Source: a virus
Direction: 5' to 3' (one strand)
Length of the DNA: 43,365 bases
UHGV virus genome: UHGV-1378837
This document shows, in pieces, positions 27,048 to 35,670 of this stretch (position 1 is the first letter of the stretch; the number at the start of each line of letters is the position of its first letter). The notes beneath the pieces were generated by a model, which was not told the origin of the DNA, did no database searches, and was given only the letters and a program-made list of their open reading frames with translations. Made by a program: the position numbers and the translations under genes.

Positions 27048-27248
27048 TCAGCATACTCTAATTATTTTATTGTTGACTTTTCGGCTCAATCTCTTGGCTG
27101 TGGATACACTTACATTCATTAGTTCAGCGCAATATTCCAAAGGATAATTTTTAGCCCGGTACTCAAACAGCGCCCGTTCTTCATCCGTAAAGTTACAATA
27201 TGTACGAAAATAATTTAGTTCTGGCACTGTAAAGTCATATACCTTCAA
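27048..27248 (-). CDS. Sigma-70 region-4-like / ArpU-RinA-type small transcriptional regulator
   Basis: 66 aa; ...FTDEERALFEYRAKNYPLEYCAELMNVSVSTAKRLSRKV is a region-4-type HTH. Candidate late-gene activator. Confidence 0.45.
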   Translation of the reverse strand: MKVYDFTVPELNYFRTYCNFTDEERALFEYRAKNYPLEYCAELMNVSVSTAKRLSRKVNNKIIRVC

Positions 27249-27259
27249 AGCAACGCTCC

Positions 27260-27553
27260 TTAAATACCCTCTGACAAATGCTTTATCATAGCTTCTTTGG
27301 TTTTTTTTAAACCCTCTATGTTGTTACCGGTTATACGATTATCAATTAATGCTATCATTCCCTGGCATAAAAGAGATTGCATATCTCTTATTTCTTGGAT
27401 AGATTTATAATCCTTTTCCACATTTATTTCTAATTTATCCACTCTGTTTTTTAGCTTAAATGCCGGGTGAAACAATTTATATATTACGGCTCCTGCTCCT
27501 CCAAGAGTAATAAGCCAACCGCATACAACCATAATAGAGTTTAATGTTTCCAT
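27260..27553 (-). CDS. Single-pass membrane protein with coiled-coil tail
   Basis: 97 aa, N-terminal TM VVCGWLITLGGAGAVIY. Confidence 0.3.
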   Translation of the reverse strand: METLNSIMVVCGWLITLGGAGAVIYKLFHPAFKLKNRVDKLEINVEKDYKSIQEIRDMQSLLCQGMIALIDNRITGNNIEGLKKTKEAMIKHLSEGI

Positions 27554-27556
27554 AAG

Positions 27557-27937
27557 TTATCGCCTTTCCCAGTAATATATTGGTATCTCTTGCCCGCTGT
27601 CCCATGTATCCCAGTAATAACCATCCTGCACACACACCACATGCCCTGTAATTGCTAAGATGTACGTTCCTATAGGATTATCCTGGCAAAAGTCCTCGAC
27701 CGTGTATACATCTTGTCCGTGGTCATCCACTATGTACCGTTTAAATCCATTCTGGCGTAGGTAGGACCCCCATACATGGTTTGCAGATGGCATATCAGAT
27801 AAAGCACAGGCGCAGACAGTTACACCAGCAAATACCGTTTCCCAGTCGCTGTCAAGGGCTTTTGTTATAGCCCGGATGGGGCAATCCCCCACACGCTGAT
27901 TGCGTGGATTAGGGTTGAATAATTTCCATCTGCTCAT
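27557..27937 (-). CDS. Hypothetical protein with Cys/His-containing motifs (possible thiol peptidase-like)
   Basis: Likely starts at MSRWKLF (27937), overlapping the stop of the head morphogenesis gene. GDCPIRAIT...SANHVWGSY suggests a Cys/His dyad. Unassigned. Confidence 0.3.
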   Translation of the reverse strand: MSRWKLFNPNPRNQRVGDCPIRAITKALDSDWETVFAGVTVCACALSDMPSANHVWGSYLRQNGFKRYIVDDHGQDVYTVEDFCQDNPIGTYILAITGHVVCVQDGYYWDTWDSGQEIPIYYWERR

Positions 27938-29157
27938 TCTTCTTTTCCTTTCGCATTCTGATACCGCCGCGCTGCTCCCCTGGCCTTTTCCGCCTGCTCC
28001 CGGTTCCATCTGGCAATCTGTAACCGTTCCTGCTGGGTGCGTAAGTCGTTCTCTTTGCAAAATTCGTTGTATGCCTTATTCTGCCGCTGTAACAGATACG
28101 ACTTTCGGTCAAGTTCAAGCTGCATTTCAAATTTAGCTGATTCGTCCTTGCATTTATCCACGGCCTCCTGCATCCCCATGACCTCGCGTTTGGTCTTTCT
28201 GATGCGCAGTTCAAGCGTTCGCTGCCGCTCCTCCAGCTGCTCAACCTTGTAATTGTCTGCGGTTTGGATGTCTTTGTATGGATTGTTTACCCCATCACCG
28301 CTTCCGAAGGAGTGACGGCAGTTCCATCCACATAACCCTTCACCTGTTCCGTATCCAGTCTGGGAAAATGGAGGAAAGCGCTTATCCTTTCCAGTCCTGC
28401 TATAAAACTGCCCTTGCCACCATAAATGATTGCCCGGATTCTGCCCTCCGTCACCAGTTCTGGCCCCGATGTGCGCCGACACCAGTATGATATCCCAGTC
28501 CATTTCTTCCATACGCTTAATAGATATATCTCCCGTGGCCTGGGCTACTCCGGTGCGTACTGCACGCGCTGTGGCAGTTTCTATGGTATCTTTGTGTCCC
28601 GAAGGATATTGTACCATCACTCCGACCGATACCACATTATTAACTGCTTCTTTGACAGCCTGTGTGTACGATACAGCCCCAGAAGATACAAGGTGGTATG
28701 CATTATCACATTCGTTTATAAAAAGCCTTTGTGCGGCTTCTGCTGTGGTCCTAGTATAGTTTTTCCACTCTCCCATTGTTGCATCCATGTTTCGTTCCAT
28801 CAATCGAATAAGCTGCGGTGATTGGGTAAGCGGTGTTGGAGACAAACCAGCAGCTTCATATATTTTATGGTCGTATTCCAGGGCCTTGACTCCCGCTTCT
28901 TCCATTGCGGACTTGATTTCTTTTTCCTGCCGCTTAGTGATTTTGGATAACTCTACCGTTATGTCCTCCAGCAGATATCCTGCATCCTGCAATATCTGTA
29001 TGCGCCATCGGTCAGATGAGGTGAGCAGGTAATCATCACCGCGGCCTATGCGTATCATCATGCGGTCTATTATCTGACCGATAATGTATGTATGGAGTTG
29101 TGAGGCTATTTCTTCGCTTCCTTCTGCGATTCTTGCAAGGTACTCAGGGCTTAACAT
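27934..29157 (-). CDS. Head morphogenesis / minor capsid protein (SPP1 gp7 / Mu F-like)
   Basis: 407 aa directly after the portal gene; GWNCRHS motif and overall layout typical of the Phage_Mu_F family; coiled-coil C-terminus. Confidence 0.7.
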   Translation of the reverse strand: MLSPEYLARIAEGSEEIASQLHTYIIGQIIDRMMIRIGRGDDYLLTSSDRWRIQILQDAGYLLEDITVELSKITKRQEKEIKSAMEEAGVKALEYDHKIYEAAGLSPTPLTQSPQLIRLMERNMDATMGEWKNYTRTTAEAAQRLFINECDNAYHLVSSGAVSYTQAVKEAVNNVVSVGVMVQYPSGHKDTIETATARAVRTGVAQATGDISIKRMEEMDWDIILVSAHIGARTGDGGQNPGNHLWWQGQFYSRTGKDKRFPPFSQTGYGTGEGLCGWNCRHSFGSGDGVNNPYKDIQTADNYKVEQLEERQRTLELRIRKTKREVMGMQEAVDKCKDESAKFEMQLELDRKSYLLQRQNKAYNEFCKENDLRTQQERLQIARWNREQAEKARGAARRYQNAKGKEE

Positions 29158-29263
29158 TTACTCTTCCTTCTTTCCCTTATGTCCAATTGCCCATTCAAGC
29201 ACTTTCGGAGCAAATGGGCCAAGTGGGATATTGAATACTATCCAAATTAATAAGCTTCTCAAT

Positions 29264-30691
29264 TTATTCCTCCTCAAACATCCTTGTCCCATCCTTCGGC
29301 TGCGCTTCCTGTACCATAGCCTTTGCATCTTCTTCGGATAATCCTTCAAACTTCCGAAAATACATCCATGCCGGCACCTTTCCCTGCACAACATATTGCC
29401 ACCATCTTGCCCGGTCCTCCTCACGGTTGTATGTAATGTCCCCAAAATCATATGTGATTTCGTAGTTTCCGGCTGGTGCCAGTCCGTACAGGTCCGCATA
29501 TACATTAAGCGCATATATTGCCCCGTCAAGACAGCTTTCCAGTTTGTCGCGCACATCCTTGATTAATTGGATAGTGCGGCGGTCGTCAGCTTCTACCTGT
29601 GTCGCTGTGACCATGCCTGTTTTTTCATCAAGCACAAAGTACCCGTTGGAATATCCACACTTAAATCCAACAAACGAAAGAAGATTATTAATGCCTGTAA
29701 TCCTGGTATCAGTGTTTAATGAAGGGACTATTTCTCGATAAAAGTTTTCTGCTCCATCTCCAAATACATTTATTGCATAGTGTGGAAGTTTAATATCCGA
29801 TATTCTTGAATTCTTTAAATTCTGTCCACTTTTAAGCATCAATCGGTCATCAACTAAAATAATCTTTTCACTGTCAAATATTTCACCCACATTCCTGCTA
29901 TACGCCACATCAAGGTCCTTTAATTCCTCTATGGCCTCGGCATATATTGGCAATCCTAAAGGTGATGAAATATCCAAATTATTAGCCTGTGGAGTGCGTA
30001 GTATGCCAAACATGGGACCATCTATTTTCTCATTATTGGCCTTGAGTATGGGCGGTGTCTCTGGAAGCAAGTCGGACCACTTAGTCCTGTTTAATACTAT
30101 CGGGTCCCCCACACTTTTTGCAGAGCGGGACACATAAGCTCTATTGGATATGTAATATGGGTAATAGATGTTTTCCCCGTCCTTGACCTCGACAAACCGA
30201 TGATACTCAAACCGGGTATAGTACTTATCGTTCTCACTGTAACTATCTTTGAATACGATTCCATAGATACCTTCATTGTCGCAATCCGTAATGATAAAAT
30301 CCATAGGTGTGAATATGTCCAGTCCCTTACCGTTTGGCTTAAGTATGATTGTGCCGTAGGCCATACCATATTCTACCCAGTGGCGAATCTGGAAATATAT
30401 CTTGTCAATCTGCTCCTGGAGCCACGCCGCCCGCGCGCTTCCATCAATCTGTATTCCGATTGCCAGGGTAGCAAGCCGAGCCGTCTCCGAGCATATAGCC
30501 TTTGCAAAATTGATTGTCTTAACGTTATCGTCAGCATTCACCCAATAGGGAGTACCCCGGTAGATATTGGCACACTCTGCAATCTTGCTTTCCATCTCCG
30601 GGGATACCACTGATTCAACGTTGAAATCTTCTTCTGCCTGTCGCTTGAATATCATTCCTATCACCTTTTTAGCCCATGTTATTAGTCCCAT
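29264..30691 (-). CDS. Portal protein
   Basis: 475 aa, located between the TerL genes and the head morphogenesis gene. Size and position typical of SPP1-type portal proteins. Confidence 0.65.
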   Translation of the reverse strand: MGLITWAKKVIGMIFKRQAEEDFNVESVVSPEMESKIAECANIYRGTPYWVNADDNVKTINFAKAICSETARLATLAIGIQIDGSARAAWLQEQIDKIYFQIRHWVEYGMAYGTIILKPNGKGLDIFTPMDFIITDCDNEGIYGIVFKDSYSENDKYYTRFEYHRFVEVKDGENIYYPYYISNRAYVSRSAKSVGDPIVLNRTKWSDLLPETPPILKANNEKIDGPMFGILRTPQANNLDISSPLGLPIYAEAIEELKDLDVAYSRNVGEIFDSEKIILVDDRLMLKSGQNLKNSRISDIKLPHYAINVFGDGAENFYREIVPSLNTDTRITGINNLLSFVGFKCGYSNGYFVLDEKTGMVTATQVEADDRRTIQLIKDVRDKLESCLDGAIYALNVYADLYGLAPAGNYEITYDFGDITYNREEDRARWWQYVVQGKVPAWMYFRKFEGLSEEDAKAMVQEAQPKDGTRMFEEE

Positions 30692-30695
30692 TTAG

Positions 30696-31031
30696 TCACC
30701 CTATAACTTGCTTTAACTTTTCTATGCATTTTTTGCAAAAATGTATGTCTCCTGCAATTTCAGTTGCACATTTACTGCATATGCTTTTGTCACATGTATT
30801 AGTCAACCACTTAAAGCTATTTTCGTAATCAGTTGTTCCATCATCATTTTTAAAATGAAGTGTTCTCATTCTTCCCACTGGCATATCACAAAGAAATTCT
30901 GCTTTTCTCTTGCGGCATATCTGACACCGTTCATTTGCAGGCAGGATTTTCGTAATATCACTCATTATTAGTATCCACCCTCGTTCTGAGATAGCCACTC
31001 TTTCAGTGCTACATGCGCTTTTGCAAAGCAC
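30696..31031 (-). CDS. Small Cys-rich (zinc-binding) hypothetical protein
   Basis: Probably starts at MSDITKIL. CQICRK...CDM...CSKC...CKKC cysteine pairs. Confidence 0.3.
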   Translation of the reverse strand: MLCKSACSTERVAISERGWILIMSDITKILPANERCQICRKRKAEFLCDMPVGRMRTLHFKNDDGTTDYENSFKWLTNTCDKSICSKCATEIAGDIHFCKKCIEKLKQVIG

Positions 31032-31201
31032 AATTCCATATCATTATCCTGCACACTCAATATTTCAATGTCTTTTCCACTTTCATCACAACCTTTTTTC
31101 CAGATGTGAATACACCAATCCATAATTTTTGAATAATATATTTTCATGTGCATAGGATAGTTGTTTACTTTATCATCAAAAAACTTTAAAAAGTCACTCA
31201 T
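30968..31201 (-). CDS. Hypothetical small protein
   Basis: 77 aa between TerL and the portal gene. Confidence 0.25.
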   Translation of the reverse strand: MSDFLKFFDDKVNNYPMHMKIYYSKIMDWCIHIWKKGCDESGKDIEILSVQDNDMELCFAKAHVALKEWLSQNEGGY

Positions 31202-32028
31202 TACGCGCTGTTTCCCCTTCGCATTGATAATGGGCTTGTGGCATAACGAAGAGCATCTATCCAGTGGTCGTTTCCATCTGGGTAATCCGCTATCACTTCT
31301 CCATTACTGTCAACCTCATGCTCATATTCTATGATTTCCTTGTATGCTCGCGGTGTACGTGCCGGGTCTATAACGATTGTACGGCACTGCAACCACTCAA
31401 AGGTATATTTCCTGCTTCCTGGTGTTACAATGGCTTTACGTGCCGGTAAACCAGCGTCACGGAAGTCAATAATACTTTCTTCTTCATCCACACCGCAATA
31501 GATTGTATAATCATCGTACCCTGCCGTCTGTATATCCTCCGCCATCTTACTATTACGGATTTTACAGCCACCCATTTCATCAAGCAACACAACCAATTCC
31601 TTGTTTGGTATGTAAGCGACCCGGATAAAGGCTTTGGGGTCCGGGAACCAGCCCCAGTCTTGCCCCTGGTATATGCTTTGATATCCCTTGATTTCATCAT
31701 CCGTAATGGTCCTCACATCCAGCATATCAAATATATTTGTACCAAGCCCAACCGGTAAACCTAAATACTCATGATTATATGCCCGCTCATTGGTGGCTTT
31801 AAGATGTTCAGCGCGCTCAATAAACATTTCTCCTAACCACTCTTCCGGCACAGAACGGTAATCGCTTTTATGCCTATACGCACTATCATCCGGCGTATTT
31901 ACATACTGATTCGCCCAGTTGCTTTGACTGATAGGCGGGTTGAAGGATTTAAATACAACAAACTTGCTGCCACCACGCAATACTGACTGTTCAACAGTTC
32001 GTATTTCATCCGGTCCTGCAAATTCGTC
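31201..32028 (-). CDS. terL: Terminase large subunit, exon 2 (Walker B DE + C-terminal nuclease domain)
   Basis: The frame is open upstream of the annotated Met back to 32046: ...CEELDEFAGPDEIRTVEQSVMRGGSKF. Joining exon 1 YLWL to DEFAG restores a Walker B motif hhhhDE. The C-terminal region has conserved acidic residues of a terminase RNaseH-like nuclease (FIRVAYIPN..., HWIDALRY). Confidence 0.65.
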   Translation of the reverse strand, partial: DEFAGPDEIRTVEQSVLRGGSKFVVFKSFNPPISQSNWANQYVNTPDDSAYRHKSDYRSVPEEWLGEMFIERAEHLKATNERAYNHEYLGLPVGLGTNIFDMLDVRTITDDEIKGYQSIYQGQDWGWFPDPKAFIRVAYIPNKELVVLLDEMGGCKIRNSKMAEDIQTAGYDDYTIYCGVDEEESIIDFRDAGLPARKAIVTPGSRKYTFEWLQCRTIVIDPARTPRAYKEIIEYEHEVDSNGEVIADYPDGNDHWIDALRYATSPLSMRRGNSA

Positions 32029-32887
32029 CAGTTCTTCACAATTTTGTTACGCATATACCGTTTCCGTATACACTCACCATATTACTATGGTGTTCAGACT
32101 ATATCATGTAAATGGAATCTGTTACCAATTCCACTCACCCCACTTTTTCAACCTCACTCGAGGCTTACTCTACTCGTTCTCAGTTATAGATTTCTCTATA
32201 ACCTACCTTTCGATAGTCGTTGCACATTATTATTCGACATTCTTATAGCTTTTTCTTCTTACGCATTTATCAATTACAGAAGGACTTACATTATATTTTT
32301 TTGCTAGAGCGTTCATTCCAAACTCTTTATCATGTCCCTTATAAATTCTGCGAATTTCTCTCACTTCATCTTCGCTCAAAACATGATTCCCTTGTAAATA
32401 TCCTCGAACTGGCTTTTTTAAGCCATTTGCATAAGCATGCTGCATTTGCTCCTCGCGGGTAGCCCATTCTAAATTGTCTGCGTTGTTATTGGATTTATCT
32501 CCATCAATGTGATTAACTGTAGGTTTATTTTCTGGGTTATTAACAAAAGCCTCAGCCACAAGCCTATTTGCTCGCTTTGTGTACTGTTTGCCATTCATGC
32601 ACAAGTTGTACCATACATAACCATCATGCGATACTCTTTGCTTTAAAATGACTTCTCGGCCATGCTTATGGCTTTTTACCCTTCCTGTATTGCTAATCTC
32701 ATAGTCCTCAAACCCTTTAATAATTCTCCAAATTTCTTTCATGGTATTTTCTCCTTAAATTCGTTTATTATATTGTACCATAAAAGATGAATTTATTAAA
32801 TATTATGTCGAATAATCTTTGCTCAGGATTGTCCTATTTTGTAGGAGTTTCCCTGAATTTAATGGGTTTAACGTGGTCAGAAGTGTT
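32029..32887 (-). mobile_element. Putative self-splicing group I intron interrupting terL, carrying an HNH homing endonuclease ORF
   Basis: About 860 nt separate the terL ATPase and nuclease coding parts; contains a free-standing HNH ORF; intron ends in G immediately before the GAC GAA (DE) codons. Boundaries are approximate (about 3 nt). Confidence 0.55.
32230..32742 (-). CDS. HNH homing endonuclease (NUMOD4 + HNH + C-terminal HTH)
   Basis: 170 aa; IKGFEDYEISNTGRVKS (NUMOD4-like), VNHIDGDKSNNNADNLEWAT (HNH core), C-terminal IENR/HTH-like segment. Nested within the putative terL intron. Confidence 0.7.
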   Translation of the reverse strand: MKEIWRIIKGFEDYEISNTGRVKSHKHGREVILKQRVSHDGYVWYNLCMNGKQYTKRANRLVAEAFVNNPENKPTVNHIDGDKSNNNADNLEWATREEQMQHAYANGLKKPVRGYLQGNHVLSEDEVREIRRIYKGHDKEFGMNALAKKYNVSPSVIDKCVRRKSYKNVE

Positions 32888-33328
32888 TAACCACAAATAT
32901 TTGAAGTATCCCTTACTAGCTTTAATTGACTTTGTTTTCTTTGCCTTATCAAGTCCACGGAATATTATCTTTTGTCCCGTTGGCTTATAAACGAATCTGT
33001 ATGGGCTTGTACGGGATTCCCACAAATCTGTTACCCCTAATGCGTCTATAGCCCACTGTATCTGTTCAAATACTGATTCTCCAATGGTTACGGCGTACTT
33101 ACGAAATATGACAGCATTGGCCTCTGGGTCATCCATCAAACCTAGCACAATCTCCGCTGATATAAAAGAGGACTTCGCGGAACCTCGCCCTCCGTACAGG
33201 TCGTAATATGTATGGTTCCCTTCTAGGATATCCCAGTGAACACCATAGAAGGAAGGGGCGATTACATCAGTCAGTTTAACAATTTCACCCATACTCTTTG
33301 TTCTGCCTTTCTTCCTTTGGTATATCAT
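32888..33328 (-). CDS. terL: Terminase large subunit, exon 1 (ATPase Walker A region)
   Basis: Walker A LYGGRGSAKSS. Open frame ends 16 codons past YLWL without Walker B acidic residues. The real start is possibly MGEIVKL (33292), just after the TerS stop. Confidence 0.65.
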
Positions 33329-33713
33329 TCAAAATAGTAATACCTTCTGTGTTATCTCCCCTTTTAGTGTTATCCATAAACTTATCAACCACAATTCCCA
33401 TAGCTGTTGCAATTTGTGAAATAGTAGCGTTTTCTAATTTCTTTGGGTCTGCTAACTTCTTTAAATATTCATCAATGATTCCCTGCGCCTGTTCTTTTCG
33501 GGAATCCATATAAGCTAACATGTCCGCTGTGTTCTGTTCCTTTTTTTGTTTGCATTTTTGTGCAATATCTGCATTTTGTGTGCATATTTTTTTGACTGTG
33601 TTCAGCGCCACTCCAAATCTCTTTGCTGTAGCATTGTAGCTTCCAGTCTCTACATAATCAGCAATAATATCTTTTTTCTGCTTATCCGTCAGTCTGGAAG
33701 CCACAATCACCAC
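33285..33713 (-). CDS. terS: Terminase small subunit
   Basis: 142 aa, N-terminal HTH (LTDKQKKDIIADYVETGSYNATAKRFGVALNTVKK), immediately upstream of terL. The late-promoter motif lies 70 nt upstream. Confidence 0.6.
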   Translation of the reverse strand: MVIVASRLTDKQKKDIIADYVETGSYNATAKRFGVALNTVKKICTQNADIAQKCKQKKEQNTADMLAYMDSRKEQAQGIIDEYLKKLADPKKLENATISQIATAMGIVVDKFMDNTKRGDNTEGITILNDIPKEERQNKEYG

Positions 33714-33782
33714 CCCTTATTCTTTGTGCTTCACACGGTATAATAGTCCTATACTAATTTTACCATGCGTATGTAATGTAAA

Positions 33783-33797
33783 TCGTCCCCACATTTT
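33783..33797 (-). promoter_or_regulatory. Late-promoter motif copy 3 (AAAAAATGTGGGGACG, 21 nt, TAAAAT) upstream of terS
   Basis: Same motif and spacing to a -10-like hexamer as the two copies at 23119-23198. Confidence 0.45.
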
Positions 33798-34151
33798 TTA
33801 CCACAACAGAAATTCGTCTGGAATTTTTATATGAAGTTCATTTCCTTTCATTTCTCCATAAAGTTTTGTATATTTAGGAATGTGCGAAACTACATTTAAA
33901 AAATAATGTCCAGAAAAGCATCTTGTCCCTTTTATTTTTGTCACTTTGTAATCTGATTCTGGTTTTTTTCCAGCAGATATTTTAATCGTGCCTTTGTCAA
34001 ATTTAACCCCAACTAAATCAGGGTCATTTAAAGCATCACGCGCACAAGCATTTAGTTTTATATGTTTATTGTCAAAATACACTGCACACCTATCTTCTCT
34101 AACTCCTATTAACGGTATTCCCTTGTTTATTTTCATAGCTATCCTTTCCAC
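33798..34151 (-). CDS. Hypothetical protein
   Basis: 117 aa between the recombinase and terS; no motif recognised. Confidence 0.3.
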   Translation of the reverse strand: MERIAMKINKGIPLIGVREDRCAVYFDNKHIKLNACARDALNDPDLVGVKFDKGTIKISAGKKPESDYKVTKIKGTRCFSGHYFLNVVSHIPKYTKLYGEMKGNELHIKIPDEFLLW

Positions 34152-34447
34152 CTCCCAAACAATGTCATTAACCGCCTATATTCATCCAGCGTTTTTCTTT
34201 GGTACCCATAAAAATCATCCCGTTTAATTGGTATGTTCTTCCTCTTACTCAGCTTGTCATATCCGATGTTACCTACAAGGCTCTCATATATTTCCACTTC
34301 CAGGCCAGGAGCAGAGGATATGGCACACTGGAACAATGTAAGCTTATCTTCTACGCTGGCGGTCTGGCAGTATTCTTTTATGCGCTTTGCTTCATCATCG
34401 GTAATGCCATAGTCACTATAGTTCTTGTCCCTGGTTCTCATATCCAT
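34139..34447 (-). CDS. Hypothetical protein
   Basis: 102 aa, immediately downstream of the second recombinase. Confidence 0.3.
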   Translation of the reverse strand: MDMRTRDKNYSDYGITDDEAKRIKEYCQTASVEDKLTLFQCAISSAPGLEVEIYESLVGNIGYDKLSKRKNIPIKRDDFYGYQRKTLDEYRRLMTLFGRWKG

Positions 34448-34452
34448 CCTTC

Positions 34453-35499
34453 CTACACATTAACCCTTTCTCTTATCGACCGAAGGGTGCGGGGATTAGA
34501 CTGTGCATAATACCGCGCTGTAACTCCTGGGTCTGCATGGCCCATAATCTCCTGTATTGTCCCAATATCAACCCCTCTGTTCTTCAAATTCATTCCCAGC
34601 GTCTTGCGTGACTTATGCGGATATCCCCGGCATGTTAATCCAGCCCTCTTTTTTATAGTTTTCAATATTGCCCGGAATCCACAAGTGGTCATTTTTCCAT
34701 ACGGCTTTCTGGAGCGTGGGAACATATATGGACAATCATCTTTCCTATTGTTCATATACAGGCCATAGTAATGTCGCGCATCATCATCAAGATAGATTGT
34801 ACGGTATCTTCCTCCTTTTTCTCCTTGTATCCATATATCTCCGGTTCTCATGTCTATCTGGTCCAGAGTTATTTCTGCAATCTCCCCTATCCTGGCCCCA
34901 GTACTTCGAAGTACCTCCAGCAAGGCCCTCTCGCGGATATTTTTGCACGCATCCCTTAATCTTGCAGATTCTTCTGGACTGTAGTAATCAATCGGTTTAA
35001 TTGGTACTTTCTTAGCTGGGATAGATTCTGCGGGATTGTCTGTGATTAATTTTTCAAGGCGCATCCATGTAAAGAATGCTGACAAAAAACGGCGCTCGTT
35101 ATTATAAGTGCTAGGCTGGTTTTTCTTTCCTCCACTGGACACATTTCTGATTTCATATCGCGATAAATACCAATCAATATCAGTGGTGTCCATCTGGTCC
35201 AGTGATTTTGTGCTTATCTCTGTCAGCAATCTTCGTATAGAATTAAGATAGTTTTCTTTGGTTCCTCTTGCTAAATCACGCTTTTTAATCAGGAATAACT
35301 GTATTATGTACTGATTCCGTTGACTTATATCATCTTTTCTTTCTACTGGAAGTGTAGTTATTTCTTCCATGTTCACCCTAACCAATTCCTGCTGCATTAC
35401 ATTTTGCAGAATGGTAAGAGTCTGCTGCTCCATGATATATAAGGACATTGCTACCAGTACATTGTTGATGATTTCGGCTTTTATTGTCTGTGTACTCAT
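34453..35499 (-). CDS. Second tyrosine recombinase (phage integrase family), internal to the genome
   Basis: Start MSTQTIKAEI at 35499 with AGGAGG RBS. Catalytic motifs RSTGARIGE, PHKSRKT, IMGHADPGVTARYY (R...H..R...H...Y). N-terminal SAM-like core-binding domain. Confidence 0.8.
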   Translation of the reverse strand: MSTQTIKAEIINNVLVAMSLYIMEQQTLTILQNVMQQELVRVNMEEITTLPVERKDDISQRNQYIIQLFLIKKRDLARGTKENYLNSIRRLLTEISTKSLDQMDTTDIDWYLSRYEIRNVSSGGKKNQPSTYNNERRFLSAFFTWMRLEKLITDNPAESIPAKKVPIKPIDYYSPEESARLRDACKNIRERALLEVLRSTGARIGEIAEITLDQIDMRTGDIWIQGEKGGRYRTIYLDDDARHYYGLYMNNRKDDCPYMFPRSRKPYGKMTTCGFRAILKTIKKRAGLTCRGYPHKSRKTLGMNLKNRGVDIGTIQEIMGHADPGVTARYYAQSNPRTLRSIRERVNV

Positions 35500-35570
35500 A
35501 ATTATATCCTCCTCATTCGTATTGATTTTCACGTCCGAGTAAGGTATAATATACTCAGACGTATTTACGG

Positions 35571-35615
35571 GAGCGGTGGAATCATCTTGGCGGGTGTCCA
35601 CCGCTCAGTTTTTAT
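35571..35615 (+). terminator. Perfect 10-bp inverted repeat GAGCGGTGGA...TCCACCGCTC with 16-nt loop followed by a T-tract (plus-strand intrinsic terminator or recombinase binding site)
   Basis: 35571-35606 hairpin then AGTTTTTATT. Lies 70 nt upstream (minus sense) of the second recombinase start. No plus-strand gene precedes it. Confidence 0.4.
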
Positions 35616-35670
35616 TCTGTGCATATAATGTGTTCCTTTACTTTTTATTATTATGTTTGAAAATATCAGT

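Noticed and set aside
31201-31980. Annotated Met start (MRGGSKF) of the TerL C-terminal ORF, and the recurring MRGG start peptides at 840..1046 and 3773..3973
   Set aside because: For 31201..31980 the frame is open 22 codons further upstream and contains the Walker B DE, so the Met is internal to exon 2. The MRGG coincidence reflects ATGAGAGGGGG(T) sequences, not a shared domain.
33716-35620. Near-identical 12-mer TTATTCT(T)TGTGC at 33716-33728 and 35606-35617, as possible direct repeats bounding an inserted int-containing element
   Set aside because: It is only 11 of 12 identical, AT-rich, and one copy overlaps the terS RBS/start. Too short to distinguish from chance without comparative data. 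Recorded only as a weak possibility under the second-recombinase finding.
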